Shown here piece by piece: positions 57,173-64,000 of a stretch of DNA of 64,000 nucleotides (position 1 is the stretch's first letter; the number at the start of each line of letters is the position of its first letter). A program made the translations under genes and the position numbers. The stretch is taken from positions 1,106 through 65,105 of the forward strand of contig CAIJZX010000028.1 of NCBI GenBank assembly GCA_903825245.1. Direction: 5' to 3'. A model generated the notes under the pieces. The model did not search any database and was not told the DNA's origin. It worked only from the letters and a program-made list of their open reading frames with translations. This stretch comes from Candidatus Kerfeldbacteria bacterium. GTDB lineage: Bacteria; Patescibacteriota; Patescibacteriia; SBBC01; CAIJZX01.

Positions 57173-58944
57173 ACAGCGGCTCCTTTCATGGCTAGCTCCG
57201 GAACATTGGTGGGTATATCCAATTCAGTTTCTGAAAGTTGTGATAAGGCGATTTCGCGATAGACTTGGCAGTTCTTCAGCAGTTCTTGGTGCGTGCCTTG
57301 CCCGACGATGCGGCCTTCATCGAGAACGATGATGTTATCGGCATTTCGGATTGTGCCGATGCGTTGGGCAACAATGAGAACAGTCTTGCCCTTCGTTTCG
57401 GTTTCTAAGGCTTTGCGGAGATTCGCGTCAGTAGTGAAGTCGAGCGCCGAGAAGCTATCATCGAAAATGTAGATTTCCGGTTTGCGAGCAACGGCGCGGG
57501 CGATAGACAGGCGTTGCTTCTGACCGCCAGAGACATTGGTGCCACCTTGGGCGATTGGGGCGTTATATGCGCCGTCGAGTTTTTCCACGAAGTCTTTTGC
57601 TTGAGCGATTTCGGTCGCATGTTTGACCGCCGCCTCATCCGCGTTTGGTTCTCCGTACTTCACGTTCGATTCAACCGTGCCGGAGAAGAGGACGCCCTTT
57701 TGTGGAACGTAACCAATCTTGTGATAGACATCTTCCATGCGCATCTGCTTGATATCGACGCCGTCGATTTTCACGGTGCCGGACGTCGGGTCGTAGAAGC
57801 GGGGAATGAGATTAATCAAGGTTGACTTACCGCTGCCGGTGCTGCCGACGAAGGCGGTCGTTTGTCCGGGAATCGCGGTAAAGGAAACATCATGGAGGAC
57901 AGGCGTATCCGCACCGGTGTACGAGAAGGTGACGTGGTCGAATTCGACTTTCCCGCCTTTCTTCTCCGTGACGTCAACCGGATCCTTCGGATCAACGATC
58001 GTCGGATCTGTGTCGAGGACTTCGGCCAGACGTTGCATCGACACCCAAGCGCGTGGCACCATGATGAAGACCATAGTAATCATCAAGAAGGCGAAGATGG
58101 CTTGCATGGCGTATTGCATGAAGGCGATCATGCCGCCGATTTGCAAACTGCCGGCGTCGATTTTATGGGCGCCGAACCAGATGACGGCGAGCATCGTCAG
58201 GTTGACGATGAAGAACATCATCGGTTGCATAATGACCATGACGCGGTTGACGAACAAGTTGATCTTCGTCAGATCGTTGTTGGCCACGTCGAATTTCTGC
58301 TCTTCATACGGTACGCGATTGAAAGCGCGGATGACGCGCAGGCCGGTCAGGATTTCCCGGGTGACGAGGTTGAGGCGGTCGACAAGTTTCTGGAGTTTTT
58401 GGAACCTCGGAATAACAATGATGAAGACCGTCACAATCATGGTAATAACTGCGCCGATAGCTAAGCCCATAATCCAGGTCATCGATGGAGCGTTACGATA
58501 GGCGAGGAAAATTGCCCAGATACCCATGATCGGCGCCATCAAGGCCATACGCAGGACCATCACCATCACGGTCTGAATTTGGGTGATGTCGTTGGTCGTG
58601 CGAGTAATCAGCGACGAGGTCGAGAATTTATTAAATTCAGCAAGTGAAAAACTTTCCACCTTGGTAAAAGCACGCGCCCGAATATCGCGGGCATAACCGG
58701 CGGCAATACGCGAGGCGAGCCAGCTGGTGATAATACTGGCGGCGCCTCCACCGAGGGAGACGAGTAACATGAGTAGTCCGGTCGTCCAAACAATGTGGAG
58801 ATCGGCACCGACAATGCCTTTGTTGATGATGGTGGCCATGTAGTCGGGGAGCGACAACGAAGCCGCCACGCTACCGGTTACCGATCCGATGAGGATGATG
58901 AGGTACCAGGTGTATGGCTTAAATAATGCGAGAAGTTTCTTCAT
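57169..58944 (-). CDS. ABC exporter permease/ATPase fusion, subunit A
   Basis: 6-TM domain plus NBD with Walker A GSTGSGKST, signature VSGGQKQRLSIARAV, Walker B IFDDSFSALD. Its stop overlaps the downstream start (ATGA). Confidence 0.85.
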   Translation of the reverse strand: MKKLLALFKPYTWYLIILIGSVTGSVAASLSLPDYMATIINKGIVGADLHIVWTTGLLMLLVSLGGGAASIITSWLASRIAAGYARDIRARAFTKVESFSLAEFNKFSTSSLITRTTNDITQIQTVMVMVLRMALMAPIMGIWAIFLAYRNAPSMTWIMGLAIGAVITMIVTVFIIVIPRFQKLQKLVDRLNLVTREILTGLRVIRAFNRVPYEEQKFDVANNDLTKINLFVNRVMVIMQPMMFFIVNLTMLAVIWFGAHKIDAGSLQIGGMIAFMQYAMQAIFAFLMITMVFIMVPRAWVSMQRLAEVLDTDPTIVDPKDPVDVTEKKGGKVEFDHVTFSYTGADTPVLHDVSFTAIPGQTTAFVGSTGSGKSTLINLIPRFYDPTSGTVKIDGVDIKQMRMEDVYHKIGYVPQKGVLFSGTVESNVKYGEPNADEAAVKHATEIAQAKDFVEKLDGAYNAPIAQGGTNVSGGQKQRLSIARAVARKPEIYIFDDSFSALDFTTDANLRKALETETKGKTVLIVAQRIGTIRNADNIIVLDEGRIVGQGTHQELLKNCQVYREIALSQLSETELDIPTNVPELAMKGAAV

Positions 58945-58948
58945 AGGC

Positions 58949-59191
58949 TTAGGATTTTTTTAACATTTCGCGGATGCTCTCAACCTTATTACTCATCATG
59001 TCGGCCATTTTCTCTAGTTGGTCGAACTTGGCCAGGGCGACCATGTTCTTGCCCATGCCGAAAACGAGCAGTTTATCGCCGCTCTTTAATCCCATAGCTT
59101 TGCGAGCCTCGGCTGGTATAACGACCTGACCCTTCTCGCCGATGGTCGTCGTGCCGTGGAAATGACGGTGATCGTGAAATCCTGGTTTCAT
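58949..59191 (-). CDS. AbrB/MazE (SpoVT-AbrB) family DNA-binding protein
   Basis: TTIGEKGQVVIPAEARKAMGLKSGDKLLV is the swapped-hairpin AbrB motif. Sits 4 nt upstream of the ABC exporter pair. Confidence 0.55.
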   Translation of the reverse strand: MKPGFHDHRHFHGTTTIGEKGQVVIPAEARKAMGLKSGDKLLVFGMGKNMVALAKFDQLEKMADMMSNKVESIREMLKKS

Positions 59192-59343
59192 AATTATACG
59201 TATTATCCTACATGTAGGAAAAGTAGGTTATTGGTAGTATAGTCGATGGTGTGGATTATGTCAACCCCAGGGATCGTCAGAAATGAAAAACCCCGCCCAC
59301 ATCCGAAATGTTTGGATGTGGAACGGGGCGTATGGGGAACCTC

Positions 59344-60501
59344 CTACTGGGTGGGCGTTTCTTCGGGGATGAGCTGCTCAGCGATGGCGACGCTGGCGAC
59401 GATGCTGGCCATCTCCTCAGCCGTCAGTGCCGGTGTCGGCTTGTAGCCGAGCGTCTTGAAGATACTGACGGCGAACGAGCTGAAATCCTGGTTCGAATAC
59501 TCCGGCCAGGCCTCGATGACGGCCGCAATAACCTTATTCGACTCGACCAGGACGCGATCGAGGTGGTTGATGATATTGTCCTGGCCGCGGATGATGCCAC
59601 CGTGTTCGAAGACGATGGTGTTGACGGACAGGTCGTTGACCACGTTGATCAGCCAGTTGACGTTCAAGGCCATCTGTGCGAAGTGTCCCTCGGGCAGTGG
59701 CATCGGCGTCAGCAATCGGCGCTCGGTGTCGGTCAGGTCGATGAGGTCTGAGGACAGGACGATCGCTTCTTCGTTACGGTTGTCGGGCACAGCCACGAAG
59801 GTCAGTTCGCCCGGCGAGTGTCCACCGAGCTTGAAGACCCGCAGGTAGTAGCCGTTGAAGCGAAAGACTTTACCATCGTCGAGGGGACTGAACCGATAGC
59901 GATCGATGCCGCAGGCGCCGGATCCAAAAATGTTCCAGGCGTAGACGGGGTAAATCCAGTACATCGTGTTCAGCGGCCAGCCCAGGTAGCGGGCGCCGAC
60001 CTTGTTCATGATCGCGTTCATACGTTCCGGCAGGTTCGGGGAACCGCAGGGATCGGTCAGATGCCACGAGTCCTCACTCGAGGTGAAGATGCGCGAGAAC
60101 TGCGTTCCGAGTTTCAGTAGTTCGGGTAGCCCGCCGATGTGATCAGGGTGCGGGTGACCCATGATGAAGTCGGATAGCTGATCAACCTTTTCTTCGCGCA
60201 TCAGTTTCTGTATGGCGCGAATACGACTCGGTGACCAAACGCCGGCGTCGCCACAGTACAACTTGATGTGGAGATCGTCGTTGGGCCGAGTGCCGTACAT
60301 GTTCGTTCCGGGGTTGTAGCCGCCGGGACTGGTGATGATCCACAGGCCGTCGCGGAGCTTGGTGATCTTGTCTCTGCCGAACAGCGCGTGCAGTAGGTAC
60401 TTCCACCCGCCGAAGTAGACGACCTTCTCGTTCCACAGTCCGGCTTCGATAATGACGACCAGGAGAACAACAATCGCCAGACAAATCTGGACGATGGTCA
60501 T
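59344..60501 (-). CDS. membrane-anchored MBL-fold metallo-hydrolase
   Basis: N-terminal TM. GHPHPDHIGG is the HxHxDH motif of the metallo-beta-lactamase fold. Confidence 0.75.
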   Translation of the reverse strand: MTIVQICLAIVVLLVVIIEAGLWNEKVVYFGGWKYLLHALFGRDKITKLRDGLWIITSPGGYNPGTNMYGTRPNDDLHIKLYCGDAGVWSPSRIRAIQKLMREEKVDQLSDFIMGHPHPDHIGGLPELLKLGTQFSRIFTSSEDSWHLTDPCGSPNLPERMNAIMNKVGARYLGWPLNTMYWIYPVYAWNIFGSGACGIDRYRFSPLDDGKVFRFNGYYLRVFKLGGHSPGELTFVAVPDNRNEEAIVLSSDLIDLTDTERRLLTPMPLPEGHFAQMALNVNWLINVVNDLSVNTIVFEHGGIIRGQDNIINHLDRVLVESNKVIAAVIEAWPEYSNQDFSSFAVSIFKTLGYKPTPALTAEEMASIVASVAIAEQLIPEETPTQ

Positions 60502-60639
60502 GGGAGACCCTCACTTTCGTATGGTAGGAGGTTTGTAAAAGAGCCGTGATAATAGCAAGTTCAGGAGCATCAAAAACGTATGAGTATACTGGAAGTATTC
60601 CTATTTGTCAAGACCATGATTGTTCAGTACACTATCGCT

Positions 60640-61059
60640 ATGCAACGACGACATATACTCAACATTACGGCGATGGTCGTTCTTGTTTTGGGAGCCGGAT
60701 TTTGGTTGTGGCAACGATCGGTGCAACAACAGAAGGATGTTGTAACCAAGACCAAACAAGCAGCGATTGTGCATCCTGTGCCATACATCTACATTCTGTT
60801 GATGAATAACGGACAACCGCTCGTTACTACGTTAGCAGCCGTTTCTTATCCGGTCACACCATGCATCCATCAACCCTGTTCATTGTCGCCAGTTCTTCAT
60901 CAGCGGCGTTCCAATGCGCACGGAGTATTTGGTTTACCGGTTGGAGTTGACGTTGGACGGACGACCATTCGAGTTGATGGCTTTACGCCAGTAGTTTTGG
61001 GTACCGCCGGAGTGAAGCAAAAAAATGGTCAGTGGCTGGTGTCGCTGAAGGCAAAATGA
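60640..61059 (+). CDS. hypothetical membrane-anchored protein
   Basis: ORF with signal-anchor MQRRHILNITAMVVLVLGAGFWLW. The upstream extension in the ORF track is less likely. Confidence 0.35.
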   Translation: MQRRHILNITAMVVLVLGAGFWLWQRSVQQQKDVVTKTKQAAIVHPVPYIYILLMNNGQPLVTTLAAVSYPVTPCIHQPCSLSPVLHQRRSNAHGVFGLPVGVDVGRTTIRVDGFTPVVLGTAGVKQKNGQWLVSLKAK

Positions 61060-61101
61060 ATAACCCTGGTGGGTGAGGGTTGATAGCTTAGTACCGTCGC
61101 G

Positions 61102-61464
61102 TTAATCCTGCAACGGTTGAGTCTGGCGTAACTTCGTGCGCTCTCGCGCATCGGCACTGGCATGACGAGCCACAGCATTGACGAACCCGAGAATAGTACC
61201 GAGACCGAGGAAAATATAGACAATGGTGAAGATTTTTCCGGTCGTTGTGACGGGAACGAGATTGCCATACCCAACGGTCGTCAACGTGGTGACACTAAAG
61301 AAGAGCGAATCAAGCCAATGCCAATGTTCGGCGTTGTGATAAAAAACGGTGCCGGTCACTAAAATAATAACCACTACATACAGTAACCCGCGAAACTCGG
61401 CATCTTTTATACCGCTAGCGAGCGACCGCAGGAAACGGTAGATCGTAATAATGAAGGGAAACAT
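61102..61464 (-). CDS. two-TM potassium channel (KcsA/Ion_trans_2-like)
   Basis: Selectivity filter TTVGYGN between two hydrophobic helices. ATG at 61464 chosen because the longer ORF overlaps the upstream gene's 3' end. Confidence 0.7.
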   Translation of the reverse strand: MFPFIITIYRFLRSLASGIKDAEFRGLLYVVVIILVTGTVFYHNAEHWHWLDSLFFSVTTLTTVGYGNLVPVTTTGKIFTIVYIFLGLGTILGFVNAVARHASADARERTKLRQTQPLQD

Positions 61465-61519
61465 GATAGTAGGATACCAAGAACGCCTCGCTCTACGCAA
61501 GGCGTTCGAAAAAGCGAAA

Positions 61520-63907
61520 TTATTTCTTTGGTCGACGCTTGATTGGAGATTTCTTGACCGGCGATATTTGTGCCGCGTGGCCGCCGAATTGTTCGCGAAG
61601 TGCTGAGAGAATTTTTCCGGTGTACGACGGTTTCTGCTCTGATGTTTTGCGGAAGGCAAGTGCGTCAGCAATAACTTTGGCTTGTACTTTCAGTTCCGTC
61701 GCGGTTTTTACTGTCCACAATCCTTCGCCGGTATGGGCGACGGTGCCGGTAATATCGTTGAGTTGCTGTCCGTGCAGCACAAAGGCGTGATGCAACCATT
61801 CCATCAATCGAGACTCAATGACACTGCCGTTGTTGTATATTTCCGATACGGTAGTAAGGTCGAGATCGTATGCGGACTTGTCGAGAATAGCGAAACCTTC
61901 GGCAATCGCCTGCATCATGCCATACTCGATGCCATTGTGCACCATTTTGACAAAGTGGCCGGCGCCGTGACCGGGGAAGAAGCGGTAGCCATCGTGTTGC
62001 GCCAAGTCGTAGAACAAGGTTTCAATCGAATGGACGACGGTTTTTTCACCGCCGACCATCAGCGCCGGACCACTCCGCGCGCCGCCAGGTCCGCCGGAAA
62101 CGCCGATGTCAATGTACGAAATACCGTGACTTGATAATTTTTTCGCGCGAGCGATGGAATCTTTGTAGAATGAATTGCCGCCGTCGATAATAATGTCACC
62201 GCGGTTTAGTAGGGCGGCTAATCCAGTTCGACCGAAGAGTACATCGTCGACTGCGTTATTCGGCACCATCACCCAAATAATTTTTTGGCCGGGAATTGCG
62301 TTGACGAGTGATGGTAGAGATTCGACGGTCTGCATACCGGCAATGGAAATCGATTGCGGATCGAAGCCGATAACGTTCCAGCCCTTGTCTTTCAAACGCA
62401 AGCTAAGATTGGCGCCCATTTTTCCTAAACCGACCATGCCAATCGTTTTCACCGCTGATGTTGGTGTGGTATTTGTCGCGGTGGTTGCCGGTAATGATCC
62501 TGGCGTATACGTAGCAATCGAACCTTGTTTTTTCCAAGCGGCCATAATCGGATCAACGAAGCGCCACGCCGCTAAAGCTTCGCGGCCGGAGACGAACAGG
62601 AGTTGATTGCCAGCGATGGCTTCGGTCAGCAATTGCGAGTATTCGGCTAAGTAGCGGACGCCTTCCTCGGTCGGATAATCAAACGTCATCCAGCGTTCTT
62701 GCAGTTCGGTATCCGAACCGGGCTTTCGCGAGTAGAACTGGACGGCCATGCCGGCATGCGGTTGGATGCGAAACTCGACGCGCGATTGGGCATGATGTCC
62801 GGGCGGACACAGGCATGGCTCAGGGTGTTTGAAGGTGATGATGACGCGTTTGTCGTCATCCGGCATCGCCTTGCCCGCTTCCAATGTTATCGGTACGCCT
62901 TGCCAGTGCGGATGATTGAGCGTCGTGGTTAAGCGGAAGAATGTTTCGGTCGTGGAGTCGGGACGAACGCCAGCCTCGTTTTTATAACCGTCATACTGTG
63001 CGCGGAACGTTTGGCGATCGATATCGTGGATCGGTTCAAGGCTGGTTAATATTTCTTCGCGCTTTTGCCAGATGATGGCCGGCGATACACTGAGCGGATG
63101 ATCCATCGTTACTAAGGCTAACACTTCCAGCAAGTGATTGTGGCCGACATCGAGTAAAGCCCCGACGTTATCATAAAATGCGCCGCGACCTTTGGCGGTC
63201 AGGGTTTCGTGGAGGCGTAATTCAATACTTTCGATATGATCGCGATCCCAGGCTGGTTCGAGGAAGCTATTGGCAAAACGGAAAGAAAGAATATTCTGAA
63301 TCGCTTGTTTCCCGAGGTAGTGGTCGATGCGGTAGATCTGCTCAGCCTTAAAATGTGTGGTTAGTAATTGCTCGGTCCGTTCCGCTTCGGCTAAGTTTGA
63401 GCCGTACGGTTTTTCGATGAGTATTCTGGTCCAGCCAGTGGTTGTACTGCACGGTTCATTCAAATGCACAGCTGCCAGTTGGTGAATGATTGGCGGATAG
63501 GCTGACGGCGGAACGGCCAGGTAAAACAATTTGTTCGTGCACATGCCCCAAGCCAAATCGAGTTCATCGAGCTTCGCTACTAAAGTACGGTAGAATGTTG
63601 GCGTGCCGAAGTCGCCACTGACCGCGTGAAATGCCGATAGGAAGGAATCATCGGCTGGTGGTAAATCGTGACCGAAAGTCGCAACTGCGGTGCGAACGTG
63701 TTCGCGAAACTCGCCGTCGGTACCGATACTGCGGGAAAGTCCGAGGACGGAGAATCGTTGCGGCCATTTTCCGTCGACCTGCATATGCCGTAAGGCAGGA
63801 ATAAGTTTGCGTGCCATCAAGTCACCGGTAGCACCAAACACGACGAGAATCGTCGGTGGTCGATGGTGGTCGTCGGGGATTGGTGGCGGAAGTGGTGTTG
63901 TTGGCAT
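61520..63907 (-). CDS. zwf-gnd: fused glucose-6-phosphate dehydrogenase / 6-phosphogluconate dehydrogenase (Zwf-Gnd)
   Basis: N-terminal ~500 aa has G6PD motifs (ILVVFGATGDLMARKLIPAL; RIDHYLGKQ). A Thr-rich linker (LPATTATNTTPTSAVK) precedes a YqeC-type 6PGDH (MVGLGKMGANLSLRL...GGNSFYKDS...). Single continuous 795-codon frame. Confidence 0.8.
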   Translation of the reverse strand: MPTTPLPPPIPDDHHRPPTILVVFGATGDLMARKLIPALRHMQVDGKWPQRFSVLGLSRSIGTDGEFREHVRTAVATFGHDLPPADDSFLSAFHAVSGDFGTPTFYRTLVAKLDELDLAWGMCTNKLFYLAVPPSAYPPIIHQLAAVHLNEPCSTTTGWTRILIEKPYGSNLAEAERTEQLLTTHFKAEQIYRIDHYLGKQAIQNILSFRFANSFLEPAWDRDHIESIELRLHETLTAKGRGAFYDNVGALLDVGHNHLLEVLALVTMDHPLSVSPAIIWQKREEILTSLEPIHDIDRQTFRAQYDGYKNEAGVRPDSTTETFFRLTTTLNHPHWQGVPITLEAGKAMPDDDKRVIITFKHPEPCLCPPGHHAQSRVEFRIQPHAGMAVQFYSRKPGSDTELQERWMTFDYPTEEGVRYLAEYSQLLTEAIAGNQLLFVSGREALAAWRFVDPIMAAWKKQGSIATYTPGSLPATTATNTTPTSAVKTIGMVGLGKMGANLSLRLKDKGWNVIGFDPQSISIAGMQTVESLPSLVNAIPGQKIIWVMVPNNAVDDVLFGRTGLAALLNRGDIIIDGGNSFYKDSIARAKKLSSHGISYIDIGVSGGPGGARSGPALMVGGEKTVVHSIETLFYDLAQHDGYRFFPGHGAGHFVKMVHNGIEYGMMQAIAEGFAILDKSAYDLDLTTVSEIYNNGSVIESRLMEWLHHAFVLHGQQLNDITGTVAHTGEGLWTVKTATELKVQAKVIADALAFRKTSEQKPSYTGKILSALREQFGGHAAQISPVKKSPIKRRPKK

Positions 63908-64000
63908 TGGATTTTTGATAAGGACTTAAGTAAGTAGAGCGTAACACTCTCATGTCAATCTGAAAACAGACTGATTGTTTGCTTATAGCAAAAAAGCGTT

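Overview
This 64 kb window reads like a small-genome, Patescibacteria/CPR-like chromosome at roughly 50% GC. Evidence for that reading is the frequent weak or absent Shine-Dalgarno sequences, the many small membrane and secreted proteins, and a consensus promoter GGGATTGACAAA-N17-TAnnnT reused across the window. Core genes are interleaved with accessory DNA.

Core genes:
- GT39/ArnT-like glycosyltransferase (partial at the 5' end).
- groES-groEL with a CIRCE operator.
- PEP synthase (ppsA).
- tRNA-Ser(GGA), followed by dnaG and rpoD, then a tandem pair of tRNA-Asn(GTT).
- An M23 peptidase.
- A flavinylation module: FMN-binding domain protein, ApbE flavin transferase, and a membrane reductase with an NqrB/RnfD-like domain fused to an NqrF-like domain.
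- An NAD salvage regulon: PRTase-like protein, NrtR, NadM-Nudix fusion and NadV.
- Two ABC systems.
- A KcsA-like K+ channel.
- A Zwf-Gnd fusion (G6PD plus 6PGDH in one polypeptide).

The most unusual region is 11.7-19.9 kb. A GC-rich, divergently transcribed pair sits next to tRNA-Ser: a P-loop nucleotide/nucleoside kinase and a ~300-aa protein that may be thymine-hypermodification pyrophosphorylase-like (unverified). It is followed by a co-directional array of small, compositionally heterogeneous genes that all encode nucleotide/DNA-sanitation enzymes:
- two YgjP/DUF45-like HExxH zincins,
- a UDG-superfamily glycosylase,
- a cupin,
- MazG,
- a SAM methyltransferase,
- three Nudix hydrolases.

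This array is punctuated by a four-copy promoter-bearing repeat family. It also carries two 'start-region duplications': a 22-codon mazG 5' fragment upstream of an inserted cupin gene, and a duplicated dnaG start forming a uORF.

Other accessory signals:
- An AT-rich island after the tRNA-Asn pair. One gene there is a ParB-like nuclease fused to a membrane half-module that recurs 20 kb away inside an ABC operon.
- An AT-rich RusA-containing island at 53.4-54.9 kb.
- A relic 3' fragment of an ABC exporter gene.
- Several structured leaders, including a 20-bp perfect inverted repeat that sequesters a start codon, and alternative hairpins in the groES leader.
- Two identical near-palindromic candidate NrtR operators.

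No CRISPR array, rRNA, integrase or transposase was found.
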